Positions 26,684-39,268 of a stretch of 64,000 bases of DNA are shown here, piece after piece. The stretch's first letter is position 1. Each line of letters starts with the position of its first letter. Both the position numbers and the translations under genes were made by a program. This stretch comes from Phoronis australis. Taxonomy: Eukaryota > Animalia > Phoronida. The stretch spans positions 546,866 to 610,865 of the forward strand of contig NMRA01000232.1 in NCBI GenBank assembly GCA_002633005.1. Reading direction: 5' to 3'. Below the pieces are notes generated by a model. That model searched no databases, was not told where the DNA came from, and worked only from the letters and a program-made list of their open reading frames with translations.

Positions 26684-27235
26684 GGTCGAGTAATTGGCAG
26701 AGGGCAATTTGTCTAGATTATTTCTAAAGCAGACACATCACTGGGACTTTTAGTCAAATAAAGTATGAGATCCAAGAAAGGCGCAAGTCCAATATCAATT
26801 TTCATTCGATATTTCTCCCGTTCCCGGCACTATCACAGTCTCACAGCCGTTATTTGCGTTTCTTGTACACGAAATCAGTCTCTAGCCCCCTTAAGGTTGG
26901 GAGTGTTAAATCTTAAGTTTAAGTCATTTTAAAAACGCAATATTTGTATCCTCGCGATTTCTTTTACACGATACAAAACAAAACAATGCGCAACTTCGTG
27001 GTGTCCATCAAGTTGTTTGTGTCCAGTGTGCAGATCAAGTAACTAAGTGATGAAAATATTTTTGTACAAGTTAAATTGTTATGCGACAAACATTCTAGCA
27101 TCTTGTATGGAAGATGTCGGGACCACGAGTTAGAATATCTTACATGATTTTTACAAAAGAGGACAAAGGTTAAGAATGTCGAAGTTTGGTCTTCCTTGGA
27201 CAAATTTTGCGACAATTAGACTGAGTTACGGTAAT
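26684..27235. promoter_or_regulatory. Putative bidirectional promoter and 5' UTRs of WDTC1 and PAAF1
   Basis: Only 552 bp separate the two divergent start codons. CpG is locally elevated and there is a CTCGCGA element near 26950. Confidence 0.65.
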
Positions 27236-30200
27236 ATGGCCGCGCGCAGCAGACTAATTTTGCAGAGTGACTGGGGTGATGTTCTAAGGTTAATTACAAC
27301 TCTCTGAGTTGTTTTTCAAACCTCCACTACTTATTCTAAAATTTCAAATGGGTTGAGATATCGGTTTATTGAGATATTTTTTTGTATTTTCAGGGATCTA
27401 AACGGTAAAGCATGGGTAACCTTTTCTTCGTCAGGTGAGATCAGTTTATCTGTTGAATTTAAGACATAAATTAAGAACCTATTTAACCGACAACCTTAAC
27501 AATATATGCAACCATTACAAAAAACTGAGTCCCGTTTGGTTTCAAATCCATATGACAGTATTTTCCAAATAAGAATCCATATCTCAGTCTAGTCAATTGT
27601 TGTAAAACGTTTGACTCCCTACAATTACATGGCTCCGACATAGGTCGGAAGTGACCAGTGTCTCTACCGCTAGTACTGGCCTTAGTCGTAGTCTCATAGA
27701 GACGTTGAAGCTCCTATAGGGCAAATTATGCCTCGCTCTGATTAAAACATCAAAGTCATGTTTGTTGCAATAAGTACCTTTTGCGTATAGAGGGACAATA
27801 TGAGGCCATCGGCGTCAATGTCTTAGTTCCAACTCAAACAAATACTCCCAAACTTTTGAGGCTTATCTCCTGGTGCACGCAGTGTTAAAAATGGCTAGTT
27901 GCCAATTTGGGCAACTGAACGAAGGACTTCTCAACCCAAATTAATATACGAAAAGTGTCCACAGCCACAACTGCTTTTGCTGGTCATCTCACTTTGATAT
28001 CTAACGTCCCGCAACGTAGAGTGATTCCCCAGAATAATTTCAGTGTCCGCGACATAAGTTATTTTCTCTCACCGCTTTATATGGGAGAAGCAATATCCCA
28101 CTCAAGGGTTAAAATGTCAACTGTCCAAGTTTCAGCATCTCGGCTCATTCAAAAGACGATCAGTCTGATCTCTTATAGGTTAGCCTAGGATCCAGTTCCC
28201 TGTTGCATGAAACAAACTCGCAAGCAGGGACTTATCTAAGTTCGCTAAATCTTCCGCATACTTATGTACTTATGAAAACACTGATTGTTTTTTATTATGC
28301 TGTTTGAGTTCCATTACTTTAATTTTGGCCCCAATTTTAAAAAATGGGTTAACATTCTCTATAACAACCCCACTTCCTGTGTCATTACCGATGGCCTGTC
28401 CACTGACTATGTTGAACTAAAAGAGTTGTCTGACAAGGAGATGCGACTCATTGTCAGGTCAGTTTCTGTTTATGTGTCAATGTATTGGCGAATTATAAAT
28501 TAGAAATAGTAATTTAATCTGTATTAATTTTGGAGGAAATGAATTTAAGGTATTACAATATGCTGACCGTACAACAATATTTCTTCAAGACAAGACATTG
28601 GGCTTCAATTTACTAGATTTCCTTCAGAGTTTTGGAGAAGCGTCGATAAAGTTAAATCCAAATAAGTGTGAAGGCCTCCATCTTGGCAAGGATAAGGAAT
28701 GCAGTGAAATTTTGTATAACTTTAAATGGTCTGGAAAGCCAATCAAGTGTTTGGGCATTTATTTTGGACACAATAAGGAAAAAACAATATGTCCGTCATT
28801 GTGATGACAAAAAAATCAAAAAACATCAGATATATGGAAAAGCTGCAGAGTAATTCTTAAAAGAAATGTGCTCGTTCAATTTCTGATTTCTTGATTCAAG
28901 GTTGTGCGTTTACAGTGCTAAACTGCACAATATACAGCAAAGTGAGGTGATCAAAACCTTTGCTATGTGTAAAATAATTTATGTTATGAATACCTTAGCT
29001 AAGCTTCCTAACAAAAGGCAGGAGATAAATAATATTATTCAGGGTTTCATCTGGCTAAATGTACCCCCGAGAGTTAGAAGAGATATTGCTGTAAATAGTA
29101 GGGAAATATAAAGTCGTTGTTGATTAAATGGAATAAACATTTTTAGAAGGAAAAAATAAAGAATGGGATATATTTCCTAAATATGTTTATAGAAAGTATG
29201 GAGGTTGTTTAAATCCATTGTCTCATTCATAAAAAAGTTTATACAAAATGATTGTATTTTTAAGAAAATGAAAATAGTTGAAAATGACAAAATTGCTCAT
29301 TTTGTATACTTGTAGAAACTTTTAATCACTTGTTTTTGGAATGTGAACATGTACTTTATTTTTGGAATGAATTACAAAGTTTAACACAGATTTCAAATTA
29401 ACATTGTTGAAGCTAACCTGTTACGGACTGAAAAGCGTGTCCTGCTATTTGCATACCTTGGGGATCATTGTTTTGAAATTAATCATATATTGACTTAAGC
29501 TCAGTACTTCATACTTGTTCCAAGTCTTCATGTATTCCTGTACTTAAGAGATTTCACACCCAATTTTATTTGGCATATTGTCAAGACATGGAAAAGTATG
29601 AAATATCACCCCCGGACTTGCTGGGTGTTTTTGAAACCCTTATACATTCAGTATAAATTCAAGCAGAGCTGGAATGTGTGAATGTGAGAGTGAATGTGTT
29701 TTAATTTGTCTTTTCTACTGTATTCCATTGTTAACTTCTGTTTCTGAAAATAAACTTAAAAATGGTTAGGAAAAACAAGATAATTTTTTTCTTTGATACA
29801 AATCAAGATTGTTAATTAAATCAGTTTTTGGCCACAATAAAATTAAAAACTGTTTGATCGCCATACAATATTTTAAAGTTCATGTTCAACATTTCATCTT
29901 TTCATTAGACATCATCAGGATCATATATACAACAATTATAACAATTATATAGGCAGTATATAGGCATTGTATTACCTACAATCACCAAGCCAACTCAGTA
30001 TTATCTGCAGAGAACCTAATAAGGAGTTACTGTACATTAACCCTTATCCTGCTGAGCCTCTATTCAGACTACTTTCCCTGTGTGCTGAGCTAAGTAGGTC
30101 ACCACTACTGCTGTGCACTAAGCTGTTATGGAGGTCACCCAGACTAATGACCTAACAATTTTAAATTGGAAATTTGAAGGGTAAATATTACATTAACAGA

Positions 30201-33200
30201 AAGGAAGTCAATACAAAACTTGTGCAGAATTTAATGGAGATTTTCACCATGTGTAAGTCTTTATCATAGCCTTGGTGAAAGCAAACTGATCCACTGTCAT
30301 CCTCTCCCGTATGGCTCCAGCCATGTAATGAAACTATGTGTCTACACTTACATAAACCTGCCAATATCTCCCAAACTAGTAATCACAGCCATATGGTTTA
30401 AATTGGAGAACTGTAGAGGAAACTGTGAAGTATGGAATGCTGGTGGTCACATATCTAAACAACATTCCAGGGCTCTTACAATTTCTGAATGAAAATCACT
30501 AGTGTCCTGGGGTGAGTGCACTCTCCTAGCGCAGCCCAGCTGTAACTTATTATAGTCGATTGAGTACACCCAACGCATTTTAATAGGATAATTGGCATGT
30601 CGGCTGACCTCGCCTAGCGCAGGATAAGGGTTAAAGAGTCATTGGCTATTCAGAACCAGCATGCCACTGATTCTCTGAATGACATGCACAGCTCAGTGAC
30701 CCTGCAACTATGGTGATGACCAGCTACTGACCATATTCTATGTATCTCTCACTTCACTCTATGGATGTTACCTGAGCTGTATGTTGGCACTTGTTGTCCT
30801 AAATTGTTGTATATATGATCTTGATGATGTCTAATGAAAAGACGAAACGTTGAACTGAACATGAACTTTTTTATTTGTGCGGCGATTAAACTCTACACTG
30901 AGTTCTCAATATTATTGGAAATAAATAGGGATCTTATCATTCAACTCCTCTAATTTAAGGACTAAGTCCCTAATTATTTTGATTGAATTAATGGCCCAGT
31001 TTTTAGTTAGAGCTTATATTATTAGAGAATGTCATTAGTCAAAGAGGAGCTCATATAAAATTATCATAGAGAAAACATTACATCTCTAAGAATGAAACAA
31101 ATATGCAAGCCAAAAGATTTAGCAAACTTAGTTCAGTTCCCATTTGGGACTGTTTCATGCAACCGGGCATTCCTCAGCCCATGTGTTGACATGTGAAGAC
31201 ACTGTACGAGTCTTGTTTTGAGCTATGTACTGACGGACAAGACCGGTCAGTGGAGGCAGCTGAAAGCGGAGCTCTGCTACTACTGCTTACCACACTAGAC
31301 GCTTCACCACAACCTGTGGTCAAACACCAACACACACTGCCTGGCATTGTTTGGCAAGAAGAAAAATTAAAGCATGGTTGGGGCGCAATTTTATTGTTGT
31401 TAAGCAATCACATTGTGCCAATGATACTGTGAGTAATTTTTTATTTGAGTCTGTGGCCATGAATATTAAGCAGTCATCACTTTTGTCAAAATTATTGTTT
31501 TTTTCAGGTGCTAAAACACACGGTGAACTGAAGTGCATTGGTGTTTCTTCAGACGGCAATCCTTATGTGGAAGGATCACATGGATTTTCTGTTCCATCCA
31601 TATCAAAGGTATCATTAGTGACACATCCTGTGTGTATGTGAATACGGAACACATCTGTCATTATTGTCTTTCCATCTTGCATCCAGTAACCGTTTCTTTG
31701 TCAGGATCCTCATGAAATTAGGCAGAATTTTTCCTTCAAAGAGCATCACCCGACTGCCTTAGGACTGTTGCATTTGGCTTAAGTGATCCTAAATGAGTAT
31801 TTTGCTATGCTTATTTTGTACATCTTGATATTTACAGATTCATTTTGATGAGAGTTTATTTGTGACAGCAACAGTACCAACAAAATTTGGTGCAACTCCG
31901 ACAACTAGAACACAGACACCCACCAGTGGAAGCAATCATTTAGTTGGCATCTGTTTTACGAAATTCCTAATTTTGGGTGCCCAATTAATGGATTTCATTG
32001 AAGCGTTACTTTTCTGTTTTGGGTTGCATGGGAAAGGGACAGCATTGTCAAAATTGATGCAATTTCCCTTAATAGTGATCATTACTTTTGGTTGCGAAGT
32101 TTCTTAATTGCAATATCTTTTGGTAAATCTTTGACATCATTGTTCCCTTTCTCTTGTTGTCAATACAAATATTAAATCACCTATTTAGTACACAATAAGG
32201 TGGAGAAGTATTATTTCATTTTATCAAATTTCTCAACAAAAATAAAGATTAAGAAAATTTTAATCCGTTGTTAGCTTCTTTGTTCTGTGTAGCTGTCATA
32301 AAACAACATTTGGTTATTAAGTTCTGTTATCTTTTCTGCAATTAATAAACTTATTTACAGCAAAAAAGTTCTACAATTATTTGCAGTAAGGTATTCATGC
32401 AAAAAATAGTAAAACGTTTGTCTTTTAATTTATTATGGCTGTTTTTTTAACAAATTTTTGCCTTTAACTAATGCTCAGTGTAGTTGTTACACATTTCAGT
32501 ATAAGATTTCTGTTAAGTATGAAGATGGTGCCACCCACAGTTGCACTAGCTCGTTTCAAGCGCCATCTGTCTCATTCACAACTATACACAGTGAAAGGAA
32601 ACAGGTAGGAATCCATTCATGGTATAATTGAAAGCTTAATGTATTGCAACTGAATGAGTGCAATTATGATGTTTGAAGTATATATTTATTAATATGTACT
32701 GTTTTTAACTTACTGCATAAAAATGGTAAGTTGATATCATGGTGTCTGTCAGATTACAGTAACAGCATGAAAGCATTATCATTGTAAATTGAACACCAAA
32801 TACCATTTTCTAATATCTAATCATTTTATTAAAAAAATTCATAGATTTCAATTCTGTCTAGTCACTTTTAGGTGGTAGTATATCATGTAGCTCAGCCATG
32901 TCCAAACACTGAGTTGGTGTACTGGGTTATTTGATTTTATATAATAAATTCTTAATAAACAGTAAACAATCCAGTAATACCTTTGTGACTTGCCACCAGG
33001 TTTTAAGTTTGGATGTCACATGTGGAGGGCTGGGCGTGTCGGCAGATTCAGAGAGCAGACTGGTAGTGTGGACGACAGACAATGGTGAAGTGAGGGTAAG
33101 TAGCCACACGATGAACTGATAAATGAATGCATAATGGGTTTTAGCTGTTTTCATATAATGTGGAATGGTATAGTGGCATCAACTTTTTGTGATGTCTTTA

Positions 33201-36200
33201 TTGCCACTTTCAACAACTTGAAATTATGGCTACTGTCTGTAAGGACAGTTGCACTGCTTCGATAGCTGGTCTGCTGTGCTAGTGGTTGGTTGACCTACAA
33301 GTTAGGTGTACACCTAGTTGGTTGACATCCATGTAAAATGCTAACATACTTCCAACTTCAGAGAAAGCTAGAGGGCCACCTAGGTGACGTCTACACTTGC
33401 CGATTTTTTCCATCTGGTGTGGTAGTTGTGAGTGGAGGAATGGATATGATGTTGAAGATATGGTCAGTGGATACCGGCCAGTGTGCCGCCTCACTGCTGG
33501 GTCACAAGGCAGGTGAGACTACTGGTAGAAGTACTTTTGTCTTATCTGCATCCTTGCCTGCAGGTTGATTTTACAATTTACACCTCCATGTGTCCAATAC
33601 ACAAAAAATAAGTACAATGAACATAAATCACAAAAGTGTAATCTGAGACATAGAAAATGATTATGAAGTGATGACAAAACATTTGAGATGAACATTTATC
33701 ATAAGATTTCGACGTATATATTAAATTGTCTCCTAACGTCACCGTACATTGTTGCAAGATGCTCTTTTATCTTTGACAGCATCTAAAATAAGTCTGTAGA
33801 AACTGCATAGTGATTCTGTAGGACCCTTGAAAAGTGACCAAATTTGTTTAACTTTGGAAAATCATATTCATCAGATTCAGGAAGCTTTTAAATATGCTTT
33901 ATGCATTGTTCTCTGTTTCCTGTTAGGGATTGTTTTTAAAATGTTCCTATTTTGCATGAGCAGCCATTGAACAGTACTTTTACAAATTAGTTTATTTTTT
34001 GTGAAAAAAGCAAATTTGCATTAACTGAAAATGAAATGATCATTTAAAAATTCAAAACTTACTGTGTTTTTAGATTTGGTCTAATGTGAACATTTATCTC
34101 AAACATGATTTGGTCATGTTATTGACACCACTGTTTTGAATGCACCCTTTTTTTCTTATTTTTACTTCAAAGACATGACATCACGTGATCCAATGAATGC
34201 CAGATTGCATCCTTCAAAATTCAAGTTCTACAGGCTTTCTACTCTCAGAAAATAATAGTTTTTAGCAAGTTAAAGAGCCATTAAATCCATGTTTTCTGTT
34301 AAAAAACAACAGTTTAATTTAATTTTTCAGTTTAGAATTGATCTCTGAGCTCAGGAAGGGCTCAATAGGTGTCAGGACATGGCAATAAGGTTTCAGCTCT
34401 GAAATTGAAAGACAGTTTAAGATACTGACTGGATTTGTTTTCCAGGTGAATTATTGAACCAATTTCACTTCTGACATAATTTGTTTTGAAAGTGTATGGG
34501 TGGCTGGGAAGAAAGTTGTTTTCAACATGAGGGCATGGCCGCTTTAAGTTTTATAGTTTTGTTGACATTTAACTAATTGTACAGATTTGTCAATAAGGTC
34601 CGACATAACATCACGCTTTTAAAGTTCATAGTGTACATAGCCCATACTAGGTTAAGATAGTAACTGCAGTTCCATTTAATGTCAATGAATTGTTGATCAG
34701 TTATTTGTTGAGCCTACAACATTGTCCTGACAGTTGTCCATGTTCGTATGTAAGCAATCCTCTATCTTAACCACTTGTTTGACCTTTCCCCATGACTTTA
34801 TTGTCAGGAATCACGGACACAGCAATTGTTGAGAGAGGACGTAATGTGGTTTCCTGCTCCAAAGATGGAACAGCTAAGTTATGGGACATTGGCAAACAGG
34901 CATGCCTGTCAACATTCAATGTCGAGTCTGGTGTTGTTAATGCATGCTGCCTAGGGAGTGTCAACTCAGCAATCAGCCTCGGTACACCACAGGAGACTCC
35001 CTGTGAGTTTACACTTAGCTGTGTACTATCATGGTAAAATCTCGCCAATTTAGGACACAATATAGCGGACAAGTGATAATATTTTATTTTCTCATTTCAT
35101 AAAAGTTAGGTTGCATCTATATGATGTTCTGTACCATAACTATCAACAGACAATGTTATGAAAAACTTTGGCAATTCAAACCTTGAATATGAAAAATGTC
35201 AATTTTGACTGTTATTTTGAACATTATTTTCGTCTGAAATTGGTGAGATTTTACCATAACGTCAGGAGATGTGCGGTAAAGTTTCCTGAAATTCGAACAA
35301 AAATAATGGCCAAATTGTTTTCATTTTTCAAAGCTTACTGTATTGCCTTCTTATTAACTCTTGTTGAAATTTTTGATCAGACAAATTAAATTTTACTGGT
35401 CCGCCATATTGCATTCTAATTTGAAAGCATTTTACCATAGTCTTGGGTTGTAATAAATGTGTCATTGGTTGTTGACCTCTCATTGGTGTACATAATTGAC
35501 ACTGTATTCACTACGTTGGAGCAACTAAATGAAGAAAGGCCTTCTCTTGTTATTTATCTCAGAGCTGTTTACCAGCATTTTCCATGTGGACCATTTCTCT
35601 GTCATTATCTGGCGTGAACTCTGAAAAAATTGCCAGCCTAGTTAACCTCACAAAATCTGTCACAACTTCAGAAAAATTTCCTTAGGTCTGTAACCTAATG
35701 AATATGGTACACCTTTTGGTTATCGCCTTTAAGTTGCAGTGCTATTATATGCAACAGCCCGGTCATACTTGCCAACATTCCAAAATGAGAAATCAGTGCA
35801 TCTGGATCCAGGATGACACAAGTGAGAAAAAATGTCTGCCAAAACTCCCACCAATGGCATGTCAATGGTGTTTTTTCAGTCATGCATGCTCCAAAAAAGT
35901 TTGTACTTCAACAACCACCCCACAATGAATTTCAAAGCAACAGCAGTGCCACATACAAAATCTCCTGAATTAAAGTGCAACTTGAGACTCATTTTATAGC
36001 ATCTATAAGTGGGCTGATTGAGGCGTTTTAAAATCATAGTTTTCAGAGATTTGCTGTTAGTAACTACCTTATGTGGTGATATTACCATAATGATCATAAA
36101 TGGTTTTGTAATGGCACTGCAAATATACTTTATATTGAATGTTTTATCATGCAGCTGAACGAGAAGTCTTGACAGAAGGCAAGATGCTGTTATTGGCCTG

Positions 36201-39200
36201 TGAGAATGGTAATCTACAAGGATATGGTTTACACTCACGGAACAAGGTGAGTGTACTAGGGCTAAACACGTTAGTCATCATCATCATGTTGGAGGCTGGT
36301 GGCATGATGGAATCACCAACAGAGATAGACAACCTTCCTCTGTAATGCATAGTAAGGGTATTCTCATTTCAAGTTAAATCTTGAATGTTTTTTTCATGCC
36401 AAACTAATGGGACAAAGTTCTGTTTCCCATCATCCCTGAAGTCATCAGGACGTGTGAGGCTCCATCATGTCTCGATCGTCGTTTCAACTACACGATGGTG
36501 AATTTGTCTCGCATACACTCACTTAAACATCTTAATGACTGTGCTCAGTCGTCATGACAGGGAATTCCTCGTCATTTTCTTTGAATATAAATTATGTGGT
36601 GTGCATTGTAGTGTTTGTAGACAGTACTAACGTTTTTGATGATCATAGTCACTCACAGGGGGTCATGTACTTTGAAAGCTATGCTTCTCCACTGAATAAC
36701 AGGCATCTAACTGGTTCTCAAAATCCAAGACCTCCTGTACCTGTGAGTGTTGCCTCATTTTCTGGAAGTTTGTAATTAGAAACACTATGTCAAAGGTCAA
36801 ATTATCCATCATCACAGACTAATGTTAGTGCCTATGTTTTATAGTCCTCAATAATGCATGACTACAAACTTGAGACTATTTCTTGGTGTTCACACAGGTT
36901 TTTAGCGTGAAGTGCACAGATGCTGTGAATTGCTGTTCCTTTGTTTCATCCACCCTTTGTATGACTGGGACACAAGATGGCGTGGTCACAGTTTATGACA
37001 TTAGAAATACCAGGTACTCCATACAGGATAAATATAGCTGGCTGAAAAACTATAAAGTCGCAACTGCATTAATTTCCAGTGCCTCTGAACACCATTTACG
37101 AGATTTACGAGTGACTTTAAAAAGTAAATGTTTCCCAGTTTACTGTAACCGTATGGCACTGCTAGTCACATCAAATTAAGCAACTTCGCAATTCCTCAAA
37201 AAGGAAATAGAAGATAAATAAATCATTTTAAATTCATTTTAAGTTCTGTTGCCAGAGCATGATGCAGAAAGAATCCAGTTCAGAAGGTACAATGCATAGA
37301 GTGTTATTATGTAATCTAGTGATTAGCGCGTGGTCATCTCTTTACTCATTATGCCCTGGGTCGTAGCTTTTCTTGCTACACTGTGGAGTGGATTCCTGTT
37401 GTGATTAGCTAGTGCCTGTACAATACATTGGTCAGCTGTTTTGTAGTAAAAATCATGAACTCTTATGTAACGTGTGATTTTGTCCACGTAAGCTTCACGT
37501 GGTATGTACCTGTGTGTAGTACATTTTTAGAGAATCTGCAGTCAAAACTTAAAGCTTAAACGGTGTTTAATGCTCATGTTTGTGAAAGTTGGTTCCATGA
37601 ATCTTTTTGAAAGCATGTTGCCCAAGCATAAGACCTATAAATTTTAATTGAGACAGGTTGTGTTGAACTGCATAATTGGTCGTGCACGTCTACATGGCTA
37701 CATGGCTAAATTTAACTCCAATGAGATGGGATTAGCTACTTGACAAGACGTCCAGCTAATGAAGATGTAATCAGACTGTTTATTGGTGTCACAATGAACA
37801 AAGCTTTAGTTCATATGAAATGTAGTAGCTTTTGTCAGAAACAGGATCTCATTGGTCCATTAAATGGTTTCTATGCAAAAATGCTTAGAATTGTTTGTCA
37901 GTAGAACATACATGTAAGAGACATATAAAACCAGGCTTAAAGACGACTGTCCAGAAGCCATGAGTAATTGTGGGGTGTGCTTGTCCAGAGAATTCCAGGT
38001 TGAAAATGTCGAGTTGTTTGTGGAGTGAAAAAAACTTTCACTTGTTTTCATCAAACTATCTAATACCTTCTTGTGACCTCACAGTATTAGTAAACAAGGG
38101 ATCAAATTGAAGCATTGCCCTCTTAAGATAGTTGAACAACAGAATGGAATTTTCCTGGATGTTTTGTAACAGACGAAAACAGTTCAGCATGAATCCACTG
38201 TGAGCACCTACGCTCACTAAACATGGTGTATATCAACAATTTTGTTGATGTAGCCAAAAATATTTATTAATGCTTTGGTTCCATTCCAGCCAAAACCTTC
38301 ATACCTGGAAAGCTGACAGAGGACCAGTGTTGTCCCTGCTCCCATTGAACGACAAAGTTGCCATAAGTACATGTAAGTTTGTTGTTCTTTATAACTTGAA
38401 CAAACATTAAACACACTACAATATTAGCACAGGAAGGAAGAATGGGAACAAATACACTTGTGAAGAATGTTGAATATTTGTTACACCAGAACATATTGTG
38501 ATTCCTTTCGTACTGCCATTGTTTTGCAGGGTAATTCTTTACCTCTGTGATTGCTTGACCATATTAGTTAGAAACACAACTTATATTGATGATGTGAATA
38601 TGAAGTAGGTTGAAAGTTTACAAATATTTTTGAGAACCATTTTGTGGCAAAAATGATCTGCGGCAAATCACTGACCATGTCCAGTAAGTATCGTGACGTG
38701 GTGCTGGGGAATAACACTGCTTGATGCAGGCTATATGAGCCCGCCGTGTACGTCATTAGTGCAAAGGTCACCTACTTGAAGAATTGTTAGTTTTCACGTT
38801 TACAAATTGTCAGTGAGTACAACAGTGTTAAGTATATTAAAATAGCATTGTCGTTTAATTCCTGCTATAAATTAGCATAGCTAGGCGCATCTAAACACAT
38901 CTTTAAGTTTGATGCTTACATCTGTATAGATGATAGTAGACCTGAGCCGACAATCACAACATCTTTTTGCAAGTGTTTAGAAAAGGATTTGAGTGGCAGA
39001 TTCGTAGATTATGTGAATATTAAAAAATCAGCATATTGGCCATATTCAATATGATCATTTAAGGATGGTTTCTTGGAAGGGACATTTTACATTTCAGTGT
39101 TATGTATTTTCAGCGGACGGTTCATGCTACAGTGTCGACATAAACAATTGGAACACAGTGACAGAATACACAGGATCAGACTGTGACCCCATCTACACAG

Positions 39201-39268
39201 TGAGCAGTGATGGCAGCGCCATCTACAGTGGCTGTAGAGATGGACTGATCCGTAAATACAAACTATAG
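27236..39268 (+). CDS. PAAF1: Proteasomal ATPase-associated factor 1 (WDR71/Rpn14-like), ~395 aa, 11 coding exons
   Basis: Exons 27236-27288, 27394-27434, 31508-31608, 32500-32604, 33000-33095, 33362-33512, 34808-35002, 36155-36246, 36898-37013, 38290-38372, 39114-39268. All are GT-AG with consistent phases. Peptides LQSDWGDVLR, LEGHLGDVYTCRFFPSGVVVVSGGMDMMLKIWS, DTAIVERGRNVVSCSKDGTAKLWD, EREVLTEGKMLLLA and TGSDCDPIY...CRDGLIRKY are diagnostic. Confidence 0.95.
28280..29760 (+). mobile_element. 5'-truncated, degenerate L1/Tx1-clade LINE (RT and C-terminal zinc-binding remnant) in PAAF1 intron 2
   Basis: Fragments read FNFGPNFKKWVNILYNNPTSCV, a broken (G)V.QG motif, QYADRTTIFL (YADD catalytic motif mutated), KLNPNKCE, IKCLGIYFG and ETFNHLFLECEHV.YFW. 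There are many frameshifts, and an AATAAA sits near 29749. Confidence 0.85.
29882..29924 (-). ncRNA. Minimal hammerhead ribozyme motif (inverted pLTR copy)
   Basis: Minus strand reads AUGAUC-CUGAUGA-U-GUCU-AAUGAAA-AGAU-GAA-AUGU-U-GAACAU. The core is intact. Two C-to-T (CpG-type) changes relative to the partner copy weaken stem II and the palindrome. Confidence 0.6.
30041..30630. mobile_element. piggyBac-type MITE, 590 bp
   Basis: TTAA-CCCTTATCCTGC ... GCAGGATAAGGG-TTAA: a perfect 12-bp TIR beginning CCC with a duplicated TTAA target. In-silico excision restores the host PLE reading frame. Confidence 0.88.
30815..30856 (+). ncRNA. Minimal hammerhead ribozyme motif (3' pLTR copy, C3U variant)
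   Basis: Reads AUGAUC-UUGAUGA-U-GUCU-AAUGAAA-AGAC-GAA-ACGU-U-GAAC. Stem II is perfect and the palindromic ACGU is present, but the first core base is U instead of C. Confidence 0.6.
30928..31168. mobile_element. MITE; inverted family copy at 45154-45361, partial copies near 28190-28255 and 45470-45540
   Basis: GGGATCTTATCATTCAAC...AATTTAAGGACTAAGTCCCTAATT...GTTTCATGCAACCGGGC matches the reverse complement of 45154-45361. Confidence 0.7.
38530..38906. mobile_element. Second copy of the TTAA-ended element at 21576-21979
   Basis: Co-linear similarity by eye; ends ...CATCTTTAA. Confidence 0.65.

Larger units (their letters stand above)
29853..30891 (+). mobile_element. 5'-truncated Penelope-like element with inverted 5' pLTR, split by a piggyBac-type MITE
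   Basis: Removing 30041-30634 joins LSIICREPNKELLYI to KESLAIQNQHATDSLNDMHSSVTLQLW* (stop at 30714-30716), a PLE GIY-YIG C-terminus. The ~90-bp segments 29853-29938 and 30802-30891 are inverted copies of each other and each carries a hammerhead motif. Confidence 0.8.

Noticed and set aside
30688-30780. Box C/D snoRNA (TGATGA...CTGA with flanking CAGCTCAG/CTGAGCTG) in a PAAF1 intron
   Set aside because: The TGATGA overlaps the stop codon of the Penelope ORF remnant and the region is explained as PLE tail. I recognised no rRNA guide.
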